64,000 nucleotides of DNA from a virus (Duplodnaviria > Caudoviricetes). The number at the start of each line of letters is the position of its first letter. Within the stretch, counting starts at the first letter, position 1. The position numbers were made by a program, and so were the translations under genes. Location of the stretch: the IMG/VR virus record IMGVR_UViG_3300027766_000001. One strand, written 5' to 3'. A model generated the notes under the pieces. It ran no database searches. It had not been told where the DNA came from and saw only the letters and a program-made list of their open reading frames with translations. Shown here piece after piece: positions 54,440-64,000 of the stretch.

Positions 54440-55993
54440 ATGGAACTGTTACAACACTACAAAGCTTTCGTAGAATCGGTCCCGGGTAACATCGTCGACC
54501 AGACCGGTCATGTTCTGCGTGAGACCAGTGAAGGGCTGAAGCCAGTCGTGTGGGTAGGTAAAGAAGTGGTGCTGCCTACCCCTGAATTCCTGGCATCTCC
54601 GGACTGGAACAAATACATTCCTTTCCACCCGATGTGCGAATCCATCGCACGTGGTGAGTCGGACATCATTCAGCTGGCGCAGACCTTTGTGCGTATCTCT
54701 CTGTGGGATCGCTTCATCGATGTTGCGCGTACCCTGCTGCAGATCGCAGCAGATCAGTCACTGCAGACCAAACTGACGCCGGCACAACAGAAACTGCTGA
54801 GTGCAATTTCTGAAGCGGATGCGACCACCCTGGAAAACTTCGGTAAGATCATTGCGAAATCTCGTCATGATTACTCTGAAGGTCTGGATCGTCGTATCAT
54901 CGCGGTGTACTTGCGTCGTGGTGGTTCACAGGACGGCCAGCGTTTCTCACGCACCTTCGTGACGCGCTTCCCGCTGTACAACGAGCTGCTGAAAGCAGAA
55001 GATGCGAAGGATGCCAAAGACCGTAAGGTATTTGATGTCCAACTGCGTGCAAAAGACATCCCGGTGTTGAAAGCACTGCACGAAACCATCTTCCCGGGTG
55101 ACGAGTCGACGTACACCATCGGTACGAACTCTAACCTGGCGCCGTACTACACGGTCCTGCTGAACGGTTATGCAAACATGGCGGGTCAGTTAAACTCGAT
55201 CATCAAGCCGTTTAGCAAAACCAAAGGCGTGAACCTTAAACTGATCGACCTGAGCTGGGACCAAGGTGATGACCTGACGCGTTTCCGTAACGCGATTCCG
55301 GCACTGCCACACAACGAAGGTAACGATCCGGTTGCAGATCCGAACGCGGCACCGCAGGCCACACAGCCGGTTGCTCAACAGCAGCCGACTCTGCAGACCG
55401 CCTTTGCTCAGCCGATGTCACAACCGCTGGCGCAGCCTCAGGCACAACCTGTCGCTGATACCTTTACCAAACCAACGGCAACCATCGGTTCCGCTAATCC
55501 GTCACACGCAGCGCCTAAGCCGGCCGCCAACAACAGCAACACTGTGGGTTGGAATGACCTGGCTAAGCAGAATCAGCCGCAGATGGGTTACGGTATGCCA
55601 CAACAGGGATACGGTTACGGTCAACCGATGATGCCACAGCAGGGTATGCCAATGATGCCGCAACCAGGCATGATGCAACCGCAGGGTATGTATCCGAACA
55701 CCCCGCAGTTCCAACCACAGCAGCCAATGATGCCTCAACAACAGATGATGTATCAGCAACCGCAACCTGGTTTCAGCTACGGCCCGATGATGGCAAACGG
55801 TATGCCGCAACCACCAATGCCACCAACAACGCAGCCTCAGCAGCCGCAAATCATGCAGGGTCAACCTAACATGATGTACCAGCCGCAGATGCCGCAGATG
55901 ATGTACCAGCAGCCGGGCATGCCAATGATGCAGCAACCGGGAATGATGCAGCCGCAGCAGTATGCGCCGCAGTTCCAGTTTGTTACGCGTTAA
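54440..55993 (+). CDS. Conserved core protein (phiKZ gp70-like) with long Q/P/M-rich prion-like tail
   Basis: Folded ~295 aa N-terminus then ~220 aa low-complexity region, e.g. QPMMPQQGMPMMPQPGMMQPQ. Confidence 0.65.
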   Translation: MELLQHYKAFVESVPGNIVDQTGHVLRETSEGLKPVVWVGKEVVLPTPEFLASPDWNKYIPFHPMCESIARGESDIIQLAQTFVRISLWDRFIDVARTLLQIAADQSLQTKLTPAQQKLLSAISEADATTLENFGKIIAKSRHDYSEGLDRRIIAVYLRRGGSQDGQRFSRTFVTRFPLYNELLKAEDAKDAKDRKVFDVQLRAKDIPVLKALHETIFPGDESTYTIGTNSNLAPYYTVLLNGYANMAGQLNSIIKPFSKTKGVNLKLIDLSWDQGDDLTRFRNAIPALPHNEGNDPVADPNAAPQATQPVAQQQPTLQTAFAQPMSQPLAQPQAQPVADTFTKPTATIGSANPSHAAPKPAANNSNTVGWNDLAKQNQPQMGYGMPQQGYGYGQPMMPQQGMPMMPQPGMMQPQGMYPNTPQFQPQQPMMPQQQMMYQQPQPGFSYGPMMANGMPQPPMPPTTQPQQPQIMQGQPNMMYQPQMPQMMYQQPGMPMMQQPGMMQPQQYAPQFQFVTR

Positions 55994-56001
55994 TCGGTAG
56001 G

Positions 56002-56060
56002 CCGGCATAAGTAAGAGGCGATGTGGGGGAAACCCCACATCTGCCCCTTCTTATTTTTTG
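56002..56060. terminator. Bidirectional terminator
   Basis: CCGGCATAAG ... GATGTGGGG-GAAA-CCCCACATC ... TTCTTATTTTTT. Confidence 0.75.
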
Positions 56061-56062
56061 TC

Positions 56063-56413
56063 TCACTTATTAGTGTAGTGAAGCGTGATCAGCCCTTGCA
56101 GCATTTGATCTGATTCATCGATGACCAACATCCCCTCTCTTAAGAAGTCCCAGATGAACGGATCGATGATGTCGTTAATGCGCATGATCAGCCAGTGCAG
56201 ATGCATTGGCGTACCGAATTCCTTTAACACCATGCGAAAGTCACCACGGTCATTCTCTTGTGCGAGAAGGGACGGTGCCTTATCACCCGTTACCAACGTA
56301 GCACGTGCTTTCAGGAGGTCAATATGTTTCTCCAGCTTAGAGCGAAACACCGGATCGTTGAACAGTTTGTTACTGGGATACTTGATTTTGTTTCTGGCCG
56401 TGATCATCGTCAC
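56063..56413 (-). CDS. Small conserved protein on the opposite strand before the nvRNAP beta gene
   Basis: 116 aa, GGAG RBS on the minus strand. Confidence 0.6.
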   Translation of the reverse strand: MTMITARNKIKYPSNKLFNDPVFRSKLEKHIDLLKARATLVTGDKAPSLLAQENDRGDFRMVLKEFGTPMHLHWLIMRINDIIDPFIWDFLREGMLVIDESDQMLQGLITLHYTNK

Positions 56414-56433
56414 CCTGCTCCATCTTAGAATAG

Positions 56434-56460
56434 CTTAAGCCTATATTATCTAAATGATGA
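56434..56460 (+). promoter_or_regulatory. Phage early promoter variant (TATATTAT)
   Basis: CTTAAGCCTATATTATCTAAATGATGA; core at 56442-56449. Confidence 0.5.
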
Positions 56461-56488
56461 GACTACACTTGTTTGAGGATAAACCAGT

Positions 56489-58600
56489 ATGACATCCCCT
56501 GTAATTGAAGCCAGTGAACTATCTGCTGACATTCTGTCATCAGTACTTTCGTTGAACGCCACGGTGCACGGTGACTCATCACCGCGTTCAGCGATGTTTG
56601 CCGGTCACGCCGGACAAGCCGTAACCATTGCGGGCGCAACACCCAATCCGTTGAAAACGGGTCAGGAGTATGAGTACGCCAAAGGAACGTTTAAGATTGA
56701 AGCGCCTTGTGACATGTTGGTCATTGATGTGATCCAGCGTTTCTCTGAGACGTGGGGTAAAGGCAGTGTGCGCAGCAACCCGGAAACCTTTGTCTTGTAT
56801 GAACGGGTATCGGATAAGCGTACCGCGTTAGAACAGGCATCTAACGTGTTTGGTGTACTGCGTATTCCTGCGTACCATACGCGTAACCATGCGTTGGGCT
56901 TTAAGTATGTGCATCATGTTGCGAACCAACAACTGTTGCGCCCAGGTAACGTGGTCTTAAAAGGCACTGTGTTTGCTTACTCACCGAACGTAACAGCCGG
57001 TGGGGATTACAAATACGGGCGTTCAACCAACGTTGCCTTTATGTCGATCCCTGAGGTCGAGCAGGACGGCATGGTGGTCACGGAATCGTTTGCACGAGCC
57101 ATGGCCTGTACCAAGATCGAAAGCCGTATTGCCCAGTGGGGTGAAAACAAAGTCCTGCTGAACCTTTATGGTACCGCGGATGTGTACAAACCGTTCCCAG
57201 ATATCGGCGAGAAGATCCGTCCGGATGGTCTGTTGTTTGCGGTGCGTACGATTCGTCCTGGTGTGGGTATTGTTAACCTTACGCCAAAAGCCCTGATGCA
57301 GTTCGACGATCTGTTCGATGAAGGGAAGTACGGCGAAGCCGGTGCCACCATCATTAACATTGCGGTGAAGTCTGACCGTATGCGTACCGGGCGTAGCGAA
57401 GTTCAGTTCTACGACAAACAAGCCGACCGTTATGAGCGTGCTGCTCGTTCGTTCTCGACTCGTCTGCGTGAGAACTACGAAAAGCTATTGCGTCAACATC
57501 CGCACACTCTGTTGCTCGAAGATGAACTGAACCGTATGATGACCGATGCGATTTCGGACACCGGTGGTTTGGATCGTCGTATGAACCATCAGGGTGAAGT
57601 CATCAGCATGGACAAAGGTGCCCAGATTTACAACAAGGTACCGATTGGTGACTGGCGTGCAGAAATCACCTTCGTGAAGAACCTGGAAGCCGGTGTGCGT
57701 TTCAAGATTACGGACGTGCATGGCGGTAAGGGGGTTATCGTTAAGGTGATCAAGGATGAAGATGCACCAACGGACATGAACGGCAACCGTGCTGACGTTA
57801 TCATGGATAACTGTTCTATTACCAAACGTATGAACCTGGGCAAACCGTCTGAGCAGTATATCAACGGGGCGTCGGCGTATGCAGGTAAGGTTGCGCGTCA
57901 ACTGCGTGATGCGGGTGACACAGATGGTGCGTGGAATCACCTGATGAGTTACTACGAAGCTGCAGCGTACGAACAGTGGCAGGCAATGCAGTCGCCGGTG
58001 TATGAAACCAAAACCAACCGTGACTTCCATGTGAACTGGGTGTGCGAGCATGGTGTGGAATTGTTCTGCCCAACAGACCGTAAGTTCTTTGGCGCTGAGC
58101 AGATCCGTCGCATCATGAAACATCACGACTTCCCAACCACACCGGTTCAGTATCGTGCGCCGAACGGTGAAATGGTCTGGACCAAAGATCCGGTGGTGAT
58201 TGCACCAATCTACATCATCCTGCTGGAGAAGATGGGGGAATACTGGGCGTCGTGTGCGATTCCTAAGCTCACGCACTTTGGTATCCTGTCTACCCTGACG
58301 CAAGTCGATAAGTATTCGTTGCCGTGGCGTAATACGCCGACACGCTTTACGGGTGAATCGGAAGTGCGTCTGTTCCTGGCTGCGTGTGGTGGTTGGTTCA
58401 CGAACCGTCTGCTGTCGTTTGCAAACACGCCAACCATGCAGAAAGCCGCTGTGGTGAAAATCCTGCGGGCCAAAGATCCGATGCGCTTACCGAGTATGAT
58501 TGATGAGAAGGAAACCCCGTTAGGTCGTGGTCGTCCTCTTCAGATGTACAAACATATTCAGGCGTGTCGTGGTATTCAATTGGAACGTAGTGCGGCTTAA
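56489..58600 (+). CDS. Non-virion RNA polymerase beta C-terminal subunit (phiKZ gp71-73-like), uninterrupted
   Basis: EQDGMVV, PDIGEKI, FKITDVHGGKGVI, KRMNLG, RFTGESEV motifs of RpoB-like proteins. Confidence 0.92.
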   Translation: MTSPVIEASELSADILSSVLSLNATVHGDSSPRSAMFAGHAGQAVTIAGATPNPLKTGQEYEYAKGTFKIEAPCDMLVIDVIQRFSETWGKGSVRSNPETFVLYERVSDKRTALEQASNVFGVLRIPAYHTRNHALGFKYVHHVANQQLLRPGNVVLKGTVFAYSPNVTAGGDYKYGRSTNVAFMSIPEVEQDGMVVTESFARAMACTKIESRIAQWGENKVLLNLYGTADVYKPFPDIGEKIRPDGLLFAVRTIRPGVGIVNLTPKALMQFDDLFDEGKYGEAGATIINIAVKSDRMRTGRSEVQFYDKQADRYERAARSFSTRLRENYEKLLRQHPHTLLLEDELNRMMTDAISDTGGLDRRMNHQGEVISMDKGAQIYNKVPIGDWRAEITFVKNLEAGVRFKITDVHGGKGVIVKVIKDEDAPTDMNGNRADVIMDNCSITKRMNLGKPSEQYINGASAYAGKVARQLRDAGDTDGAWNHLMSYYEAAAYEQWQAMQSPVYETKTNRDFHVNWVCEHGVELFCPTDRKFFGAEQIRRIMKHHDFPTTPVQYRAPNGEMVWTKDPVVIAPIYIILLEKMGEYWASCAIPKLTHFGILSTLTQVDKYSLPWRNTPTRFTGESEVRLFLAACGGWFTNRLLSFANTPTMQKAAVVKILRAKDPMRLPSMIDEKETPLGRGRPLQMYKHIQACRGIQLERSAA

Positions 58601-58610
58601 GGGGTAGTGG

Positions 58611-60578
58611 ATGCAAACTTATAACTGGCAAGATCTGTTGGCAATGAATGAAGAGCAGATCTGGTCGATTGATACCGGTAACAACCCTACCATTCAGGTG
58701 GTAGCACGGGACAAGTCATTTGAGATCCTTTCTCGACTGGTGATCGTGAGCTGGTATTGTTGGCCACTGCAACGTGCCTTTGCTGGAATGCCGCTGGATA
58801 AGCGGCACTTCGCAACTGCACACCGTTTATCCAACAAAACCATTCTGGGGATTCTGACACAAGGCTACCGCGATTACGTCGATGCCTTCCCAGGAATCTT
58901 TGATGTGGTTGACATTAATAGCCGGGTGGCGAAAGCCGTCAACATCATTAACAACGTGTTCGTGATGAAGATTCCGGAGTATGTGACAACTGCATCGATG
59001 CGTCAGTACATTGAGGTACTTGACGACCCAGAACTGGCAGCAGTACGTAAAGCCATGGAGCCGAACCAGAACTCCATCCGTGAAGGCTATAAGACTGGCT
59101 TGGCAATCATTAAGCGCCCGGAGAAGTTTCTGGGTAATCAGATTGCTGAGGACATCAAACAGGGATCGGTGTCGGACGGTCAGACCTCGCAGGTGTTTAT
59201 TGCGCGTGGGTATCTGACTGACCATAACTCCCGTATCTTTGTGCGACCGGTCATGGCGTGTTATGCGGAAGGCTTGGGGCGGTTCTATGACTCGTTGGTG
59301 GAATCCCGTTCAGCAACCAAAGCGATGCTGTTCCAGAAGAAACCACTGGAAGACTCCGAATGGTTCAACCGTAAGATGCAGCTGGTTGCTCAGGCGGTTC
59401 AGCGCATCCACATGAACCAAGACTGTGGTTCCACGACCACGGTTCCGGTGCTGGTGAAAGATGGTTGGCTCAGTCGTTTAGCCGGTAAGTATTACTACGC
59501 TGACGACAACAAAACCCTGAAATGTGTTTCCGATAAAGACGACCATCTCATTGGCCGCATTATTCATATGCGATCCCCAATGTATTGTAATCATCCGGAT
59601 CGCTCAGGGGTGTGTTCGACCTGTTATGGGAAACTGGCCTTAAGTCTGCCGTACTTTAATGCCTTGAGTGAAGTCGGTCGTAACGAAATCATTCTCGGTC
59701 ATATCAGTGCAACAGAAATCGGTCAGGACCTGTCGCAGAAGATGCTGTCCACGAAGCACCTGGATACATCGTCGACCACCGAGCCATTCATTCCACGTCG
59801 GCAAGATGCCATGTATATTGTAGAGGGACTACGCGATAACGCCGTGCGTTTACACCCGCGTCTGAAGAAAGACAAGGTGAAGTTGAAAGTAAACTTTAAC
59901 AAAACCACGGCATTATCTGACATCTACATGGCTGAAAACCTGGATGAGGTTGCAACACGTGCAGGCGGGTTTACTGAGATCGTTCTGGAGTTTGAACGCG
60001 ACGGTGGTTTCACCGAATCGATTCCCATTCCAACTGTACAAGGCTCACGCCAAGGGCAGTTTACGGTCGACTTCCTGCGCTTCCTGCAAAAGGCGAACTG
60101 GACCAACGCAGAGAAAGGTTTCATTGTGATTGATCTGTCGTCGTTCGAGTATGACATCGATGTGGTTGAACTGCCACTGGTGCATCAGGACATGACGGTC
60201 TACCAGAAACAGATCGAAGCGTTCATCAGGTTCAGTAAAGAGTCTGCGAAGTGGAAAGGTAAGTTCGTGACACCAGAGGATGCCGGTTTAGCACTGAGTG
60301 AATTCTACACCCTGCTGACTGAGCGTTTGAAGGTGAACATCGTGCATGCGGAAATCATGCTGTATTCAGTGATGACACTGGACCCGGCTAACTATGACTA
60401 CCGTCTGCCCCGTGCTAACGAAAACCGTCAGTTCTCTTCGTACCACGAATGTATTGAGTTCCGTTCACTGTCGGTCCAGCTTCTGTATCAAGAGCAGGCA
60501 ACCATCATGGCGAAACCCACCACGTTCCTGGTTAAGAACCGCCAACCTCACCCAGCCGACAGCATCTTTGTTGACTGA
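58611..60578 (+). CDS. Non-virion RNA polymerase beta-prime C-terminal subunit (phiKZ gp74-like)
   Basis: Bridge-helix-like SRSATKAMLF...RKMQL, DCGS, RSPMYC...GVCSTCYG Zn site, trigger-loop-like IGQDLSQKMLSTKH. Confidence 0.9.
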   Translation: MQTYNWQDLLAMNEEQIWSIDTGNNPTIQVVARDKSFEILSRLVIVSWYCWPLQRAFAGMPLDKRHFATAHRLSNKTILGILTQGYRDYVDAFPGIFDVVDINSRVAKAVNIINNVFVMKIPEYVTTASMRQYIEVLDDPELAAVRKAMEPNQNSIREGYKTGLAIIKRPEKFLGNQIAEDIKQGSVSDGQTSQVFIARGYLTDHNSRIFVRPVMACYAEGLGRFYDSLVESRSATKAMLFQKKPLEDSEWFNRKMQLVAQAVQRIHMNQDCGSTTTVPVLVKDGWLSRLAGKYYYADDNKTLKCVSDKDDHLIGRIIHMRSPMYCNHPDRSGVCSTCYGKLALSLPYFNALSEVGRNEIILGHISATEIGQDLSQKMLSTKHLDTSSTTEPFIPRRQDAMYIVEGLRDNAVRLHPRLKKDKVKLKVNFNKTTALSDIYMAENLDEVATRAGGFTEIVLEFERDGGFTESIPIPTVQGSRQGQFTVDFLRFLQKANWTNAEKGFIVIDLSSFEYDIDVVELPLVHQDMTVYQKQIEAFIRFSKESAKWKGKFVTPEDAGLALSEFYTLLTERLKVNIVHAEIMLYSVMTLDPANYDYRLPRANENRQFSSYHECIEFRSLSVQLLYQEQATIMAKPTTFLVKNRQPHPADSIFVD

Positions 60579-60588
60579 GGGGTGATCC

Positions 60589-62142
60589 ATGCGCCATACC
60601 GCAACCATTACGTTAAGCAGTCACGGCTTTCGAGTGACTGACTTTAACAGTGAGTTCGCGGGACATCTCATGCAGTATTGTCGGCGCTTCATTTTGCACA
60701 AGATGGAATCCAAGGTTGTTCAAGGACGAAGAACCTTGGTAAAGATTCCTGACCGTGTATTTGCGTCGGCAACCAAGGACCGCAAGGAGTTGCGGTTCCA
60801 CATTAACTGCTTTGAGGATTTCAAGAACTTCATGCGCAATTGCGGTTACAACACAGACCGCTTTAAGATTGTGCAGCTCGAGGTTCCGGAAGGGAAACAG
60901 GCGCTGTTTGAGTTCGCGATGGACGGCATCGCACCGCGTGAGCATCAAGTGGAATGGCTGGACTACCAGTTAGACCTTAGCCCGACGGATGTGAACACAA
61001 AGATCAACACCTTGCAAACCGGCAAGGGGAAGACCTTCTGTGCGATCTACCAGATGGTGAAGATGCAAAAGCGGACTGTGATTACCTTAATGCCCAAGTA
61101 CATTAACACGTGGTTGGTGGGGTTAGCTGACTTTGTCAAGTTAAATCCTGAAGACATCATGGTAGTGCAGGGGTCGTTAGAACTCAATGCTGCCATGCAG
61201 GCGGCTGACAACGGTAGCTTAAAGGCAAAGATCGTTATTGTATCACTGCCTACCTTCCAGTACTTCATGTCCGAGTACGAAGATAACAACGGGATCATGA
61301 CCCACTACAATTACACCCCGGACCAGTTCTGGGATGTAATGGAGCCTGGGTTACTGGTGGTGGATGAAGGGCACGAATCGATTCATGCGCTTTATCGTTA
61401 CGACATGTACTGTAATGTCCGCAACAAGATCGTACTGAGTGCGACGCTTGAAGCAGACAATCCGTTTATCAATGAGATGTACGGCATCATCTATCCCAAG
61501 GCGATTCGCTTCAGGGGTGGTGAGTACGACAAATACATCGAGTCGATTGCGGTGATGTACGGGTTGAACAACACCAAGAAGATCAAGTTCGGTGGATTTG
61601 GCGGCACCTATTCTCATGTGAAGCTTGAACAGAGCATCATGAAAGACCGACGGATACTCGACGAATACCTGCGCTTCATTGGTGGGGTCGCCGACTTCTT
61701 TTTCTTTAAGGTCAAAGAGGAGGGGCAGAAGCTACTGATCTACTGTGCCACGGTCGACATGTGTATCAAGGTGATTGCTTACCTGCGTCATATTCACAAA
61801 GACAAAGGGTTGGTGATTAACAAGTACACCCAGGAAGACCCAAAGACGACGTTGTATGAATCTGATATCACCGTCTCGACACTGATGTCTGCAGGTACTG
61901 GGGTCGATATCCCAGGGCTGCGCACAGTGATCATGACAGTGGCCATTGGGTCCAAACAAAAGAACGACCAGGCATTGGGTCGTCTACGTCGTTTGAAAGA
62001 CTACCCGAACGTCACGCCAACGTTTGTGTATTTTGTGTGTGGTCAGATTCGTCCACACATGGAGTATCACCGTAAGAAGTTGGAAAACTTCGCGAACAAA
62101 ACGCTGAGCCAACGAACGTTCAACAGCGGCTTCTCACTTTAA
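60589..62142 (+). CDS. Superfamily 2 (DExH) helicase, phiKZ gp75-like
   Basis: LQTGKGKT, VVDEGHE, LSAT, GTGVDIPGL, QALGRLRR. Confidence 0.92.
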   Translation: MRHTATITLSSHGFRVTDFNSEFAGHLMQYCRRFILHKMESKVVQGRRTLVKIPDRVFASATKDRKELRFHINCFEDFKNFMRNCGYNTDRFKIVQLEVPEGKQALFEFAMDGIAPREHQVEWLDYQLDLSPTDVNTKINTLQTGKGKTFCAIYQMVKMQKRTVITLMPKYINTWLVGLADFVKLNPEDIMVVQGSLELNAAMQAADNGSLKAKIVIVSLPTFQYFMSEYEDNNGIMTHYNYTPDQFWDVMEPGLLVVDEGHESIHALYRYDMYCNVRNKIVLSATLEADNPFINEMYGIIYPKAIRFRGGEYDKYIESIAVMYGLNNTKKIKFGGFGGTYSHVKLEQSIMKDRRILDEYLRFIGGVADFFFFKVKEEGQKLLIYCATVDMCIKVIAYLRHIHKDKGLVINKYTQEDPKTTLYESDITVSTLMSAGTGVDIPGLRTVIMTVAIGSKQKNDQALGRLRRLKDYPNVTPTFVYFVCGQIRPHMEYHRKKLENFANKTLSQRTFNSGFSL

Positions 62143-62211
62143 CTGCGTGTCTGACATGGAAGCTGAGCCTGTGCTCAGTTTCTGTGTCTTTCTTTTTACA
62201 AGGATTTGGGT

Positions 62212-62544
62212 ATGCAAGACAATAATGACGTTGAAGTACGAAGTGATGTAGAGCTTCTGGATTTATTGACCGAAGCACGCAGTGAAAGAAAGGTATTGGT
62301 TGTGGGTCATGATGAACCGGCTTTCCTGCCAAGGAAGCGTCGTGTTGGGATGGTCTCTGGTCTTGCCATGGCTGCGTGTGCATTGGCTGTGCATACCCCA
62401 CGCTTTATTAACTGGGGTTCGGATGAAACCTGGGATGATTACCGTTTGCGTATTCGTCGTGAACAGGTAAGTAAACAAACGCGCATTCCGCCCAAGAAGG
62501 CGCGTTGCAGTGGTCGTCATAAAGGCCGTCGTTTTAAGGGGTGA
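62212..62544 (+). CDS. Small basic protein with central hydrophobic segment
   Basis: AAGGA RBS; Arg/Lys-rich tail. Confidence 0.6.
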   Translation: MQDNNDVEVRSDVELLDLLTEARSERKVLVVGHDEPAFLPRKRRVGMVSGLAMAACALAVHTPRFINWGSDETWDDYRLRIRREQVSKQTRIPPKKARCSGRHKGRRFKG

Positions 62545-62547
62545 AAC

Positions 62548-63006
62548 ATGTTTGAGCAAAAACCCATGCTATTGTCCAAAGATTTTAAAGCTGCCTCCAA
62601 AGAAGTGGAGACCACCGTTAGTCAGGAAGAATGCGTTGTCATTGAAGAGCCCGACTATGTTGACTTTCTCATCTACGATGGGAACTACGGCAAGTTTACA
62701 GCGCGTTGGCATTCCGAGCGTGAGAACATGTTAGAACCAGGTTACTACTACGCCATGCTGTTGCAGCAGGGGTCGGGTATGGGTCTGGTGCAGTTGCTTG
62801 ATGCCACCAGTGAGAACGAAGCGTACAAACACGCCACCTTTACTGCGCGTGAACTCAATGTACCGGTGTCTGCTATTGATGTGTTCTACTGTATCGAAGC
62901 CGGTGTTAAAGACGCCGTAGTACTATGGGGTAGTCCTTATACGGAAAGACCCAGTGCGGTGACGTTTGAGAAGAACGGCAACGTCATCATTAAATCCATT
63001 CACTAA
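62548..63006 (+). CDS. Hypothetical protein
   Basis: 152 aa in operon. Confidence 0.7.
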   Translation: MFEQKPMLLSKDFKAASKEVETTVSQEECVVIEEPDYVDFLIYDGNYGKFTARWHSERENMLEPGYYYAMLLQQGSGMGLVQLLDATSENEAYKHATFTARELNVPVSAIDVFYCIEAGVKDAVVLWGSPYTERPSAVTFEKNGNVIIKSIH

Positions 63007-63021
63007 TAAACGAGAACCTGT

Positions 63022-63414
63022 ATGAACACTAAACACCATCTCCGCCGTAGCGTCTCACATTACATCACCAAAAAGACGGTGGTTAATGGTCAGATCGTTA
63101 ATCGCCCCTCACTCTTTCGCACGCTACAAATGTGGCAGCTGAGATTCGGTCACGTGATTGATCTTCAAGCGTATGCCCGTAAGCACCGCATTCCAACCAT
63201 TAACGATATCCTGTTTCCCGATGCACCACGTCGAACCAGTGACGGTGCCGTGACGGCGTTCAGCCTGTCGATGAAGCATTTGGAACAGGGTCTTAATATG
63301 GGTGCAGTCTATCCGCTGGATGAGCGCGGTAAAGTATTGCTTGCCCTGGCCATCCACAACTCAAAAGGACGTCAACCGCATGGCACTCCTGCACTCACTT
63401 TACGCACCCGTTGA
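63022..63414 (+). CDS. Basic hypothetical protein
   Basis: 130 aa in operon. Confidence 0.6.
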   Translation: MNTKHHLRRSVSHYITKKTVVNGQIVNRPSLFRTLQMWQLRFGHVIDLQAYARKHRIPTINDILFPDAPRRTSDGAVTAFSLSMKHLEQGLNMGAVYPLDERGKVLLALAIHNSKGRQPHGTPALTLRTR

Positions 63415-63622
63415 TTATCGTCGTTATGCGGACCGCATTCCGGTTGAACCTGTTGTTGAACCCGAACCTGTAAAAACTCCAGAACAACTGTTTTGGGACG
63501 ACTGGTTAAACGACCTGTGTTTTACAGCAGGTCCGTTTGATGGTCCTCAAGCCAGTGTACTTAATCAGCGTGCTAAAGAGTTCCGGCATGCCGGTTTTTA
63601 TCAACGCCAAAAAGGTCACTAA
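63380..63622 (+). CDS. Small hypothetical protein
   Basis: AAGGA RBS before ATG 63380; overlaps the previous gene. Confidence 0.55.
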   Translation: MALLHSLYAPVDYRRYADRIPVEPVVEPEPVKTPEQLFWDDWLNDLCFTAGPFDGPQASVLNQRAKEFRHAGFYQRQKGH

Positions 63623-63626
63623 CATC

Positions 63627-64000
63627 ATGGCTAAAAATGCCGATTATTATACCCAGATTCACAACTACGTGAAAGAACTGGGAATGGACCGGGTGGATGC
63701 AGAACAGATCGCTACCACCTTGTCCGTCTTGATCCCCATGAGCCATACCTTCGGTTGCGCCGACGGTAGCTACGCTGAAGCCAATCAGCACGTGGTGGAG
63801 AACATTAAGAAATTGCACCAGGGTAAACCGTATTTCCGTATCTGGCCGCTGGAGCTCAAACTCCCGGTCATTACTGTGGAGTCGTATGGCGATTTGCCGG
63901 GTTCTACAACGTACGGTCAGCAGTACATCATCAGCTCAGACGGTACTCGTCTGGAAACCCGTGAGAACGGCTTGACCGAAGTGGTGAAGTATGTCTCCAA
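63627..64000 (+). CDS. Hypothetical protein, 3-prime truncated by the window edge
   Basis: MAKNADYYTQIHNYVKELG... open to base 64000. Confidence 0.6.
   Translation, partial: MAKNADYYTQIHNYVKELGMDRVDAEQIATTLSVLIPMSHTFGCADGSYAEANQHVVENIKKLHQGKPYFRIWPLELKLPVITVESYGDLPGSTTYGQQYIISSDGTRLETRENGLTEVVKYVS

Noticed and set aside
55502-56038. His/Leu/Arg-rich 178 aa minus-strand ORF
   Set aside because: Antisense read-through of the Q/P/M low-complexity tail.
39595-58600. Group I introns or homing endonucleases in the nvRNAP genes, as in phiKZ
   Set aside because: Both the beta-prime (39595-41067) and beta (56489-58600) genes are single continuous ORFs with all motifs in frame; no HNH or GIY-YIG ORF seen.

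Overview
This window is a 64 kb segment of a large phiKZ-like, nucleus-forming jumbo phage (Chimalliviridae type, about 50% GC). The host cannot be read from the sequence. The window opens in the virion module (two tail/baseplate-type genes, large terminase, three head proteins carrying [S/A/G]-x-E maturation motifs). An accessory region of small unknown genes follows (about 9-27 kb). The conserved nucleus-forming core comes last: PhuZ tubulin, B-family DNA polymerase subunit, chimallin (ChmA), four non-virion RNA polymerase subunits, an SbcD/Mre11-like nuclease, probable ChmC and PicA, and an SF2 helicase. Names for divergent core genes rest on motifs plus remembered phiKZ synteny, not on database searches. 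The most unusual feature is a non-coding RNA island at about 19.98-23.0 kb. It holds one canonical tRNA-Tyr(GTA), two tandem tRNA-like RNAs with expanded anticodon arms, a 7-bp acceptor microhelix sharing their A-C-C-T end, several other long-range stems, and a complete type I hammerhead ribozyme with a loop II pseudoknot. Regulatory grammar is also visible: TA[T/C]ATTAC early promoters, two terminator classes (TTTATGCCG-flanked and T10-11), and a TTAACYTGTAGGAG 5-prime leader motif. No CRISPR array, rRNA, intron or transposase was found.
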